Positions 27,213 to 37,191 of a stretch of 64,000 nt of DNA are shown in pieces; the first letter of the stretch is position 1, and each line of letters begins with the position of its first letter. Source of the stretch: an uncultured virus (IMG/VR IMGVR_UViG_3300029309_000011) (Duplodnaviria; Heunggongvirae; Uroviricota; Caudoviricetes). The DNA is taken from positions 1 through 64,000 of the IMG/VR virus record IMGVR_UViG_3300029309_000011, one strand, 5' to 3'. Under the pieces are notes generated by a model, which saw nothing but the letters and a program-made list of their open reading frames with translations, was not told the DNA's origin and did no database searches. Both the position numbers and the translations under genes were made by a program.

Positions 27213-28048
27213 GAAAGATCACCCACTGTTGCACCATATAATTGTGAACTTACTGCCCATAATTCTATAGCAGTGGCATTTGCACCACCAAGAGTAGGAG
27301 CAGACCCTCCAACCCATTTCATAGTCGGCCAAGTAATGGTGTAATTAGATCCAGTAGCAGTAACTATTAGAAGCATTGATTGACCACTAGATATAGTTAG
27401 TGCTACAGAACTATTTGTTCCCATTGTTAGTACTTGGATGCCTCCATTACTAGGATTTAGGGTAATAGATGAAGCAGAAGTGACTGTATATACTTTTTCA
27501 ACTATAGAAGCATTAAAAGTAGCCAACCCGTTAAAATTAATACCACCTGTGAATGTGTCTGCATACTCTAATTGACCTACAGCTGTAGCTCCACTGCCTG
27601 TAATGCTTTTAACCTGTAAAAACTTATCAGCTGTAACATTATTATCTGGCAAAATTATTGTGTAAGACTGACCAGCAGTGTGATCAGGGGATTTTATTTT
27701 TACTCCATGACTATTAACATGACAATTTAATTGTAAGCAACCCTCATAACTACTGCCATCACCTTTTATCTCTACTGCTCCTGAGCCATTGGGAGCAAGT
27801 TTTATATTTCCATTTGATGTAGATGTAGTTATTTCTCTTGTTAATACGTCTAAATTACCACCAAGCTCTGGACTACTGTCATCTACAACATTACTTAAAC
27901 CTGCACTTGGTAAGTTTGTTAAATTGGCACCTGATATAGCAGGTAAAACTGTAGGAAATCTAGCATCGGGTACAGTGCCAGAATTTAAATTACTAGCATT
28001 TATACCTTGTACTGATAGATCTACTAACTGTGCCTTAGTTTGTGTCAT
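27209..28048 (-). CDS. tail fibre-related protein
   Basis: SPELGGNLDV and QLNCHVNSHGVKIKSP modules shared with the 45.9-48.8 kb genes. Confidence 0.7.
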   Translation of the reverse strand: MTQTKAQLVDLSVQGINASNLNSGTVPDARFPTVLPAISGANLTNLPSAGLSNVVDDSSPELGGNLDVLTREITTSTSNGNIKLAPNGSGAVEIKGDGSSYEGCLQLNCHVNSHGVKIKSPDHTAGQSYTIILPDNNVTADKFLQVKSITGSGATAVGQLEYADTFTGGINFNGLATFNASIVEKVYTVTSASSITLNPSNGGIQVLTMGTNSSVALTISSGQSMLLIVTATGSNYTITWPTMKWVGGSAPTLGGANATAIELWAVSSQLYGATVGDLS

Positions 28049-28091
28049 TTATGATTAAAAACTTGATTATTAAATCAATTTTACGATGACT

Positions 28092-28286
28092 TTATTTACG
28101 AAATCTCACTGTTTCCATCATTGGTTTACCTAATTCCTGTTCGTATTCTCTTTCTATTTCAAAATCATCAACGTCTGTTCCTGCTTGACTATATTTATTC
28201 ATTCCTTTTACAAATCCAGATAAGAAAGTCTTACCTCCTCCATTTGCCATTACTGCTGGAAAATCATTATCTCCCATATCATGCAC
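28092..28286 (-). CDS. small hypothetical protein
   Basis: ORF overlapping the upstream gene. Confidence 0.5.
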   Translation of the reverse strand: MHDMGDNDFPAVMANGGGKTFLSGFVKGMNKYSQAGTDVDDFEIEREYEQELGKPMMETVRFRK

Positions 28287-28500
28287 CCATCCTATTTAAA
28301 AAATCAGCAACTCTATCACCAACTGGAGTCTCCTGTGATATTGCGTTCATGGGATTAGTTTTTTCAGCTGCCCTTTTATTTGCTTGAAAGTAAGGAGCAC
28401 TAACCATATTTCCTTGATTCATAGTATCCATTTGTTTTAATTTTGGATCTGACATCAAAGAACTTTCATCAAATCCAGCTTGCATTGGGTATCCTGGCAT
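28279..28500 (-). CDS. small hypothetical protein with DRVADFL motif
   Basis: ORF track. Confidence 0.55.
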   Translation of the reverse strand: MPGYPMQAGFDESSLMSDPKLKQMDTMNQGNMVSAPYFQANKRAAEKTNPMNAISQETPVGDRVADFLNRMGA

Positions 28501-28553
28501 TTATCTTTACAAAAGTTGTTATTTAAATAATATCATCGACAAGACTTTTAGAC

Positions 28554-28813
28554 TAGGTACGTAAGTGTATACCTTTTTTAAACAGTCATCAACCTAACCC
28601 AAAACCTTGAAAAACTTTTTCCGCATTTTTTATCAAAAAATAGTGGTAGGGTTAGTGCAAATATTTGTACTTTGTCTCTGAAATAGATTTTTACGACTAA
28701 GGTTTACTATGAACACCCAAGTTCCTAAAAAAAATAGTGATTTTACTTAACTGCATGAGTGCGGTGGTTAGGTATGTGAGTGTATATAAAGTTAAACAGT
28801 CATAAACCTAACC
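28554..28813. repeat. pair of 45-46 bp imperfect direct repeats (28554-28599, 28769-28813)
   Basis: TAGGTAyGTrAGTGTATA-N5/6-TTAAACAGTCAT-N-AACCTAACC occurs twice. Confidence 0.85.
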
Positions 28814-28929
28814 TCATCTTCTATAGAAGTAATATAAATAAGCAAAATTTTTTGGTATTTGGGTGTTCAATGATTGTCATTGGTAATAAAGGGATGTATG
28901 CTTACGAGTACACCTACCCCCTACTTTGC

Positions 28930-30045
28930 ATGAAGAATAGTGATGCATTTTTATATAAGAATTTGACTGCATATGATCAAATATTATTTGTGCGGGCTTT
29001 TCAAACAGCTTTAGAACACTTTGGAAAAGAATCTTGTTGGTGTTTAACAAAGATGAACAATGCCGGATTTAAAGGTTTTACTACAAGTAAAAAAACAAAA
29101 CTCATGTATAAAGGACATGATGCAAGACCTTTAATATTAAATATGACAGGAAGAAATTATTCAGAAGAAAAACCCATAATTGTCAAAAGAAGCGAATGCA
29201 AGTCTAAATATTGTCTTAATCCTGCTCATTATTATTGGGGAACTAGAAAAGATGTAGCTTATGAAAATGCAAAAGTAAATGAAAAATCAATAAATATTGA
29301 CTTAATAACTAAGTTGAGAAATGAAAGTCAAAGTGGTATAAGTAGTCGAAAATTATCTAAACATTATCGATTGCCATATCATTCAGTAAGAAGAATTTGT
29401 TCTGGTGAGACTTATGAGGATGTTGAAAATAAGGAAGATGAATATAATGAGGATAAGATTTGGTCAAATCTCTCAGACGTTTGCATAAATTTGATGAGAG
29501 CTCATCCAGATGAAGCAAAAAATTTTAGAGGAGTCGTGACAGAAACTCAACACTACGAATGTCCTTGGCATATACAAGGGACTGAAAAACATAAAGGTAA
29601 TTTTGGATTAATGGGAGAGTGCCTAGATTGTATGAATGAAATAAAAAAATCAAGATGCACGGTAGATGTTAGAGAATTTGAAATGAAATGGTATTGGCAA
29701 GTAAAAAGATTTTGGGAACAGGTAGATATAAGAAGTGAAGATGAATGCTGGGTATGGCAAGGTGCTACAAGGAAAAATGGAACAGAATCTACTGCATATT
29801 TTCCCTCCCCATTTCACTCAGGTAAAACACAATCTGCCCCACGTATTGCCTTCTGGTTAAGTCGTGGATATACAGGTAAATATAGAATATTTAATAACCC
29901 TACCTGCAAAGCATTTTGTTGTAATCCAAAACATTTAATGATAAAAGGACAAAAAGATATTCCTCAATGTGAGGCTATAAAAGACATTAAACTTCATCAC
30001 GAAAATATTCTGCAGTATCATAGAGAAAGAAATAATCAAAATTAA
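28930..30045 (+). CDS. tandem degenerate HNH-like Zn-binding domains with HTH
   Basis: CLNPAHYYWGT and CWVWQGA...CCNPKHL; central HTH-like segment; likely start ATG 28930. Confidence 0.65.
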   Translation: MKNSDAFLYKNLTAYDQILFVRAFQTALEHFGKESCWCLTKMNNAGFKGFTTSKKTKLMYKGHDARPLILNMTGRNYSEEKPIIVKRSECKSKYCLNPAHYYWGTRKDVAYENAKVNEKSINIDLITKLRNESQSGISSRKLSKHYRLPYHSVRRICSGETYEDVENKEDEYNEDKIWSNLSDVCINLMRAHPDEAKNFRGVVTETQHYECPWHIQGTEKHKGNFGLMGECLDCMNEIKKSRCTVDVREFEMKWYWQVKRFWEQVDIRSEDECWVWQGATRKNGTESTAYFPSPFHSGKTQSAPRIAFWLSRGYTGKYRIFNNPTCKAFCCNPKHLMIKGQKDIPQCEAIKDIKLHHENILQYHRERNNQN

Positions 30046-30047
30046 AA

Positions 30048-30725
30048 GTGGCAAGATTTCTTACTACTATCCCTACTAATTTAGGTTTTTTTAATTTAGG
30101 AACTGTTGAAGCTTATCCTACAGGTGGTGCAGGACCCACTGCGTATGGCCCAACATCTTATTTTGGATCTGATCCAAGACCCGCAGAGCAAGGTGATAAT
30201 CTTAATAATCCAATTAATTTAGGTGATTTTTCTGCAATATTCAAATCTCAGACAATATCTAATTCTCATGGTGGTCTGTCAAGAAGGCAAAGCACATTCT
30301 ATGAAATAGATTTAATCTTACCAAGAACAGTGCAATTTACACAAGAATTCTCACGCACTTCATATGAAAAACAAACAAATAAAAATACACTATTAGCTTT
30401 TTATGAAATTGATGAAAACGGACATAGACAGGAGTTACCTATTAATAATGATGGATATGTATTTCGTGAATCATCTATTGATTATCAAGAAGATGATATA
30501 GGAGCACTACAAAATGATTATCCAATTACAAGATTAGAAAAAGGCAAATATTTATTTGTTATCACAAATGATATAAGATATTTAGAAACAACATATTCTA
30601 TTGGACTTAATGTATCAGTTTTAGATTGGCGACTAACAGTAGAGACAACTGAAGAACAAATAAACTTTGGTCAAATTGATGATGAAATAAAGGATACTAT
30701 AAATTTTGGTTCAACAATTTCTTGA
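30048..30725 (+). CDS. beta-rich hypothetical (possibly virion) protein
   Basis: ORF track. Confidence 0.55.
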   Translation: MARFLTTIPTNLGFFNLGTVEAYPTGGAGPTAYGPTSYFGSDPRPAEQGDNLNNPINLGDFSAIFKSQTISNSHGGLSRRQSTFYEIDLILPRTVQFTQEFSRTSYEKQTNKNTLLAFYEIDENGHRQELPINNDGYVFRESSIDYQEDDIGALQNDYPITRLEKGKYLFVITNDIRYLETTYSIGLNVSVLDWRLTVETTEEQINFGQIDDEIKDTINFGSTIS

Positions 30726-30733
30726 CATTAAAG

Positions 30734-31495
30734 TTAATCGTCTTCGTCATCGAAATCATTTTCTTTTGAATTGTTCTCTTCCTTTGGTTTCGTTTCGTTT
30801 TTGACTGGTTTGTTCATTTCTCTAGGTAGTAATGAATCAGGATTAAATCTAGCAAAACCAGGTGCCCCTCTATTTATTCCATAAATATCAGCATCTGTTC
30901 GTCCTTCTTCCCTTCCATGACGTAGATAATGCTCTCTCGCCATATTTAAATCGGCACCAAAAGCATCCCTAAGATCTGTGTAGTTTTCTAAATACTGTCT
31001 TGCATCAAAACCTGATTGAGTTACTGGGGCATAGTTACGTTCTGCCGTTTTAGCTTTTGCTACAGCGTCGTTATAGGCAGTCTTTGCATTATTCAATCTC
31101 ATGTTTGCTGCATCTATTGCTGGAGATTGTTTTCTTTTATCTGAAATTCCACGTAAACCTGCTGCTAGAACTCCGCCTATAGACCCACCACTAAATCCAC
31201 CTGTTTGAGAATTTGATCTCTCACCAAAAAAAGAATTTTCTCTTTTTGGTAATGATGCTAGATAGGATGCACGTTCTTGCATCTCAACACCTCTTGCCCT
31301 AGCTCCTCTTTCTTCTGAAGTTCCTACTTCGTTATATCTCCTATTAAGTGCTCGATTATATTCTTTATCTAGTCTTCCCGCATATTCAGCTGCATTCTGA
31401 AAACTTGATTGAGGTACTAAAGTTTGATAAGCCTTCGCCTGCTCTTGTTCTGGGATTTGAATTGTTGGTGTTGAGGATCTAAAAAGACTTCCCAT
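30734..31495 (-). CDS. hypothetical protein with one FDxxxYL...EGR module
   Basis: GFDARQYLENYTDLRDAFGADLNMAREHYLRHGREEGR. Confidence 0.7.
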   Translation of the reverse strand: MGSLFRSSTPTIQIPEQEQAKAYQTLVPQSSFQNAAEYAGRLDKEYNRALNRRYNEVGTSEERGARARGVEMQERASYLASLPKRENSFFGERSNSQTGGFSGGSIGGVLAAGLRGISDKRKQSPAIDAANMRLNNAKTAYNDAVAKAKTAERNYAPVTQSGFDARQYLENYTDLRDAFGADLNMAREHYLRHGREEGRTDADIYGINRGAPGFARFNPDSLLPREMNKPVKNETKPKEENNSKENDFDDEDD

Positions 31496-31949
31496 TATGA
31501 TTTTTTAAATTTAACTTCTATAGTAATTCTATCTGTAACAAATTCATATAAATGATTGACCCCAATATATCCGACAGGGAGAAAAAAAATAATCAAAATC
31601 AATTCAGCATAAGTAATAGTACGACGCATGATAATCAATATCCATATCAATCTGATATTAGCCAACTTTTACATCGTCTGTCTACTGCTCAACTTGAACA
31701 ATTATGTACACTACAAGAAATGCTTTTAGCTAAATCATTTTGGGAGGCTTCAAACTACAGTGGTTCTTTAGAAAAATGTGAAAAAAGACTTTCTGAAATA
31801 TATGGAGAAGACTGGGATCAATATGTAAAATTAAAAGATCATTTTTTAAGCTTGAAACATTATTATATCTGGGCTTTACTAATTAGTCATAGACAACAAT
31901 GGAATGATGTAAAAAAATAGGCTAGTATTTGAACAGATAGTGTCCTCGA

Positions 31950-32555
31950 ATGGAAGAACAAAAATTAGAGGATTGGGTAGATATTTTAGATACAACAAAT
32001 TATGCTCCTCATAAAGATCCTGACAACCTCTATCAAAGCTATAGATTTGTTGATTTAGATATAAACTCTGTAACAACTAGAAATTTTAAGAAAAAATTAT
32101 GTAAATCATTAATCGAGCAAGTAGAAATATTTATACCTCCTTCAGGAAGCTTTAGTAATCAAGATTTAAGAAGATATCTTGAATTAGTTTCAAGCTATGA
32201 AACAAGTACTAAAGATTTAATTTTAGGACTGTCACTAGCAGATCAGATAAGATTAACTTTTAGTGATATGAAAACAAGCACTATCTGTGATAGATATCCA
32301 GAAATTAATTTAGCCGAAAAAAGAAGATATAGATGTGTTGCAGAATATCTAATTAGACAAGGAGAATTAACTAAATTACGTGATAAAAACGGAAAATTAA
32401 TAAAAAAAATCGGAAATATGCAAAAAGCTGTAGTTTTATACAGACCATTACCAAAATTATTAGAAACACTTAAAAAATCAGGGCTTAGTGATTTAATTAA
32501 AATTGACAAAGATAAAAAAAATGATAAGAATATAGTAGTTGAGAAATCTAAATGA
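31950..32555 (+). CDS. hypothetical, possibly DNA-binding protein
   Basis: ORF track; basic C-terminal half. Confidence 0.55.
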   Translation: MEEQKLEDWVDILDTTNYAPHKDPDNLYQSYRFVDLDINSVTTRNFKKKLCKSLIEQVEIFIPPSGSFSNQDLRRYLELVSSYETSTKDLILGLSLADQIRLTFSDMKTSTICDRYPEINLAEKRRYRCVAEYLIRQGELTKLRDKNGKLIKKIGNMQKAVVLYRPLPKLLETLKKSGLSDLIKIDKDKKNDKNIVVEKSK

Positions 32556-32959
32556 CAAGTAGAAGAAATAAATTACTTAAAAAATTAATTGGAAAAACTA
32601 CAGGAGAGGATGAAAAAAAGTTATTTCAGCTAACTATTGAAAGAATTTGTGCTGACATGTGTGAATTTTACTATAAGTTTTATCATAATGATGGCCCAGG
32701 GGCGATGGTATATGTTCCAAATCATGAAGATGAAAAAAAATCCATGTTTTATTTAACAGTTAATAATCTGATTACCGCTGTAGATGACCTTAATAGCAAA
32801 AATTTAGATGGTGCTGCAGATGTCATGAAGAAGGCAATAGTACGAGCCGAAAAATTAGATCCTGATAAAGAAGCATTATTTATTATTCAGGACGATAAAG
32901 AAATGTCTTTAGTGCATTACAAAATAGATAGTGAAGGTGCAAGTTTTAAACAAATGTGA
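32552..32959 (+). CDS. hypothetical protein
   Basis: ORF with ATGA/GTGA overlaps. Confidence 0.6.
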   Translation: MTSRRNKLLKKLIGKTTGEDEKKLFQLTIERICADMCEFYYKFYHNDGPGAMVYVPNHEDEKKSMFYLTVNNLITAVDDLNSKNLDGAADVMKKAIVRAEKLDPDKEALFIIQDDKEMSLVHYKIDSEGASFKQM

Positions 32960-33576
32960 CTAAAGGATCATGGGGTGCTAGTAGGAGATCTTTAGCACAA
33001 GTCGAACATATATCACACGATTGGTTAACTCCTTGTGAATATTTACCTTATATAGACGCATTATTAAGAGATATAGATTTAGATCCTTGTTCAACATATG
33101 ATGCTAACAACCAATTTTTAAGAGCAAGAAAAATTTATACTTATGAAGTTGACGGTCTGAATATTGAAGAACCTTGGACTGGTAAAACATATTTATTTCC
33201 CCCAACCTTTGGAAGATGCTCTTTTGCAGAAAAAAGAGGCACTTGGAGATGGAGTTTATCTGCGGGTAGAGGAGCAAAAGCCCCATCAGTTATCTGGTTT
33301 AAAAGACTTTTAAGAGAATGGAAATTAAGAAACATTCCAGAAGCATTATTTTTCACTACTTATTCAGAGATGATAAGAACATGTCCAGAAATGTGGGATT
33401 TTCCAGTCTGTGTACCTACTGACAGGGCTAATTTAATACATGGAAAAAAATTTGAGTGTTTAGAATCACCAATAAGTTGGGGATACTTTATCTATTTACC
33501 TGAAATAAGTATGGGATTTAATCAGACAGAAAGATTTAAAAATATATTCTCTCACATTGGCAAAATAATTTGCTAA
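32956..33576 (+). CDS. phage N6-adenine DNA methyltransferase-like protein with altered catalytic motif
   Basis: DWLTP, IDLDPCS, DGL...W; FPPT where NPPY/F is expected. Confidence 0.65.
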   Translation: MTKGSWGASRRSLAQVEHISHDWLTPCEYLPYIDALLRDIDLDPCSTYDANNQFLRARKIYTYEVDGLNIEEPWTGKTYLFPPTFGRCSFAEKRGTWRWSLSAGRGAKAPSVIWFKRLLREWKLRNIPEALFFTTYSEMIRTCPEMWDFPVCVPTDRANLIHGKKFECLESPISWGYFIYLPEISMGFNQTERFKNIFSHIGKIIC

Positions 33577-33770
33577 TCAATCATCTGCCGTGGAAAATTC
33601 ATATCCCTTAATTGTGCTATATATGATCTTAAAAAATTTTTAGAGCTATTGTTATCAACACCAGGTCTTACACCCCGTCTATTTGGGCTAATATCTTGTT
33701 TTGAATCTAACGACCTGTAAAATCTGTAACGATTGTCAACGTCGTAAGTTGAAGTAGACTTAGGGTTCAT
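33573..33770 (-). CDS. small hypothetical protein with FLRSY motif
   Basis: ORF track; TAGAAT upstream. Confidence 0.5.
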   Translation of the reverse strand: MNPKSTSTYDVDNRYRFYRSLDSKQDISPNRRGVRPGVDNNSSKNFLRSYIAQLRDMNFPRQMID

Positions 33771-33782
33771 ATTTTTATTCTA

Positions 33783-34178
33783 TTGGAGATGAACATGGCA
33801 ATGAGTAAAACTGAAATGCAAATTGAAAAGGTATGTGATGAAATAAAAGAACTTTTAATTAGCAAAAACAGAAAATATGGTAATTCTGCTTTAAAACCTA
33901 ACAGAATCTTTAGTAAATGTTCTGCTACAGAACAGTTATTAGTTCGTATAGACGACAAATTAAATCGAATTATGAAAGGGGCTGGCTTATTAGCTACTGA
34001 CGAAGATGTCATAAATGATCTTATTGGATATTTAGTACTGCTAAAAATAAGTATGCCTTATGAGAAAAGTAATGAAATTCAAGAAATTGCACAATCAATC
34101 TACGGAAAAGGATTTAAATCAGGTAATGTCGAAATCCAAGTCCAAGACATCCTCGATCATGCAAGAGACTTCGATTGA
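33783..34178 (+). CDS. nucleotide-modification-associated (DUF1599/Nmad-like) protein
   Basis: KNRKYG...VRIDDKLNRI...DVINDLIGY. Confidence 0.7.
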   Translation: MEMNMAMSKTEMQIEKVCDEIKELLISKNRKYGNSALKPNRIFSKCSATEQLLVRIDDKLNRIMKGAGLLATDEDVINDLIGYLVLLKISMPYEKSNEIQEIAQSIYGKGFKSGNVEIQVQDILDHARDFD

Positions 34179-34240
34179 TTACAAAGAATTTGAAAAAAAC
34201 TATACTAGAGAACTATTATTGATGGATTGTTTGGATTGGC

Positions 34241-34957
34241 TTAAGGATCGACCTTACGACGCAAAGGAGATCCTAGACCACTTGGAGTACTGTTCCAGTA
34301 TCGAAAAAACTTGCGAAGTATCTCCCCAGATGGATCAAGTTCTTTAAGTTTTTTCTCAAGATATTCAATTCCTTTAACTTGAGTAGCAGATCCATTATAT
34401 GTTTCTGCGATATTTAATAAGCAGACCTCAGCGTGACACGTATGCCTATAGAAAGTAGGTATTTCTTTGTCTGCAGCAAAATACATATCGAGCTCTGAAC
34501 GCCTTCTAGAGGTCATTAAATCGCCTCCTGACATCCATATGCGATTTATATATGGACTCCACTCTTTTATTATTTTATTTTTCGTTGCGTAGCTGTTAAT
34601 TAACTCCAATAATCTGCATGATTTAAAAGATGTTAATCCAATACTGTGAGCAAAACAAAGAATAGCTGCTCTTTTATTCTTGTTTAAATTAACAAATATG
34701 TAATTTTCAGCTTTTTTTGAAAAATTTTTTAAATCTATGTAAAATTGTTTATCAATTTCTTCTTGTGAGGCTCTATCATTTGCATTTAAATAATGTTCAT
34801 TTATAACTTCGCTACCATATCCTATTTTCCATAGATCTTCACCAAAATCTTTATACGCAGCATACTTTCCCATACCTAAATAAGTTCTGGGAATAGTATA
34901 TTTTTTTGTTAATTTATAACCTTTTTCTGTAAATAATGAATATCTATGGGACGACAA
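34241..34957 (-). CDS. lysozyme (GH24)-like protein, canonical catalytic Glu not evident
   Basis: AYKD...WKIGYG, LNKNKRAAILCFAHSIG, RRRSE; FEG motif absent. Confidence 0.7.
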   Translation of the reverse strand: MSSHRYSLFTEKGYKLTKKYTIPRTYLGMGKYAAYKDFGEDLWKIGYGSEVINEHYLNANDRASQEEIDKQFYIDLKNFSKKAENYIFVNLNKNKRAAILCFAHSIGLTSFKSCRLLELINSYATKNKIIKEWSPYINRIWMSGGDLMTSRRRSELDMYFAADKEIPTFYRHTCHAEVCLLNIAETYNGSATQVKGIEYLEKKLKELDPSGEILRKFFRYWNSTPSGLGSPLRRKVDP

Positions 34958-35327
34958 CAGATCCGTTATAGCTTACCTCAGAATAACCATCTAACTGTAA
35001 AAGAACAACATAATTTTTAGCTGCATTAGTAACTGTCACCCCAACGGCTCCCTTACCTTTACCTGCTTTACTAATGTCAAAGAACTTTTGGAAACCTGAA
35101 GGAGCATCTCCTGAAGAAAAGGCATCTTCTTGAAAAATTTGAATTGTGTTAACACCTTCAGATCTGTCAAGAGTTACTTTTATATCTCCAGTACCACTTG
35201 GATTAACTCTAAATCCCCTTAATGCATCACCTTTATTACCTGCTGCTGTAGGACCAAGATATGTAATTTCTGATCCAGCGTCAACACTGAATTTGTCTAG
35301 AGTTGCCTCAATTGTTCTTGTAGCCAT
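34944..35327 (-). CDS. beta-sandwich putative virion protein
   Basis: ORF track; composition. Confidence 0.5.
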   Translation of the reverse strand: MATRTIEATLDKFSVDAGSEITYLGPTAAGNKGDALRGFRVNPSGTGDIKVTLDRSEGVNTIQIFQEDAFSSGDAPSGFQKFFDISKAGKGKGAVGVTVTNAAKNYVVLLQLDGYSEVSYNGSVVVP

Positions 35328-35332
35328 GTTTC

Positions 35333-35545
35333 TTAAGAAATTTGCTCTTCAGTTGAGAGCTGGAATTGGATGTTAGCATCAATACCGTGATCCTTCATAA
35401 TGCTATAAAATAGCTGACGATCTAAGGCTTTTTGATGTAAAAGCTCGATAAATGCTTCTTCTAATTCTACTCTATCTAAAGATTGTATTGCTAAAGATGC
35501 AGCATGAATAGAAAATTCAACATTTGTCGGAAGGTTAAGATCCAT
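35333..35545 (-). CDS. nblA: NblA-like protein
   Basis: LPTNVEFSIH...IQSLDRVELEEAFIELLHQKALDRQLFYSIMK aligns by eye with NblA LSLEQQF...LLK. Confidence 0.55.
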   Translation of the reverse strand: MDLNLPTNVEFSIHAASLAIQSLDRVELEEAFIELLHQKALDRQLFYSIMKDHGIDANIQFQLSTEEQIS

Positions 35546-35696
35546 ATAAATAAAAACCTTTATACATATAGTACCAACAGTAAATTAAAGAGCAATTAAT
35601 CTATCTTGTCAGTACTGTCTTTCTCTAATAAAACTGTTCCTACTCCATAGCTTCCACCAAATAAAATAATAAAACTAACAACAACTATCTCCATAC

Positions 35697-35984
35697 CTAC
35701 CACTTTACCTTATGTGACCAATATCTAGCTGACATTTTATCTGGATTTTTATCTTGGGCATTATGTCTTGCATAGTACGACTTTTTTCTAGCTTTTTCTT
35801 TTGCAGTCTTTGGATTTTTGCCGGCACCTTTTACACCTTGTTGTCCAAATCTAATTATTTTTTCTTTACCATCCTCACATGCTTTTACTACATGAGATTT
35901 TGTTTTATGATTGGGAGTTTTTTTAGGTTTATTACATTTCAAATGTTCTTTTGAAAGTTTTTTTGCTTTTGCCCTTTTAGACAT
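35697..35984 (-). CDS. Lys-rich basic phage protein
   Basis: KIIRFGQQG...YYARH...SARYWSHKVKW. Confidence 0.65.
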   Translation of the reverse strand: MSKRAKAKKLSKEHLKCNKPKKTPNHKTKSHVVKACEDGKEKIIRFGQQGVKGAGKNPKTAKEKARKKSYYARHNAQDKNPDKMSARYWSHKVKW

Positions 35985-36046
35985 CAGTCCTTTTCTTAAT
36001 TTTTCATATGTATAATTCTAACTCTAAGATGCTATTAGTAATATCA

Positions 36047-36256
36047 TCAAACAAACTTGACCTCTCCTGACCTTACTTTTTGTACTAGATCCATACCACG
36101 CATACCATATAAAGCATCATCTCCGGCTTCTTGAATTCGTGAATTTACCAATTCAGTATTTTTAGCTCTTTTTTCTGCTTGTAATTCTTCAGCATATTGT
36201 CTTGCAAATGCTTTTGCTTGGTCTTCAGGAAGCGACCCATCCGATGTAGAATTCAT
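36047..36256 (-). CDS. small hypothetical protein
   Basis: ORF track. Confidence 0.5.
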   Translation of the reverse strand: MNSTSDGSLPEDQAKAFARQYAEELQAEKRAKNTELVNSRIQEAGDDALYGMRGMDLVQKVRSGEVKFV

Positions 36257-36632
36257 TATTTATATAAGGTGTAGCTTTATCTGGTAGAGAAATCCTGATA
36301 GAAGTATCTTGATTCATCCACTGTTTTATCTTATCAAGTCTCTCCTCTTGGTAAAATTTATATGAAGGTTTATACCAATCTTCTAAAAGATTAGACCCTT
36401 TTAATCTATTACATTTAGAACAAGAACAAATCATATTTGATTTAACATTATGACCACCTTTATATTTTGGTAAAATATGATCAATTGTGGCAGTATCTTT
36501 ATTAAGTTGCCTATCACAGTAGGCACATTTCCAATTCCAAGATTCAAATATACATTGTCGAAATTTGTGACGGGCATTTTTTGGAGAAAGTTCAATTAAA
36601 TTGGCTAGTAGATCTTGCTCGCAATAAATCAC
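36225..36632 (-). CDS. HNH endonuclease
   Basis: CAYC...TIDHILPKYKGG...N...CSKCNRLKG. Confidence 0.9.
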   Translation of the reverse strand: MIYCEQDLLANLIELSPKNARHKFRQCIFESWNWKCAYCDRQLNKDTATIDHILPKYKGGHNVKSNMICSCSKCNRLKGSNLLEDWYKPSYKFYQEERLDKIKQWMNQDTSIRISLPDKATPYINNEFYIGWVAS

Positions 36633-37191
36633 ATTTACCTTGCAACCTTGTAAAAAACTGTATGCTGCATAAACTTACACAAATATAGTTATTAATCAAC
36701 TAATCGAGTTAATTCAACCTCCTCTTTTATCTCATAATCTACTTCCTCAAGAAGTCTTAATAAATAATAATGAATTTTATTTAATACCCATTTTAAATCT
36801 TCATCTCTAATGTCATTAAAAATGGCATTTAAAGACAAATCTTTTGGTGAAGTGCGTAAGTAATCTGCTAGTAATTGTAGAGCTTTATATCTATCTTTGT
36901 TCATCTCCCTTAGCATTTTAATCACCAGACCCTTCAATCACTTCTGCTGTTGAATTTTCTTGATTATTTTCAGATTCCTGTATTTGTATTGTTATTATCT
37001 CTTTTGCTCCCAAAACTTTTAAATAAGAATTTTGTGCAGATTTTAGTTGTGTTTCCAATGTCTGTATCTGATTAGCTAATGTTGTAGCTTGTTCATCTAA
37101 TTGCTTATTGAAATCATTTAATCTCTCAATTGATAATCCGCAAGCCATGTTAAATAAGTAACTAATCTGAGTATAGCTTTAGGATAACTTA

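Noticed and set aside
28780..28929. Upstream extension of the HNH-like ORF
   Set aside because: It overlaps the repeat/origin-like region; ATG 28930 is the more plausible start.
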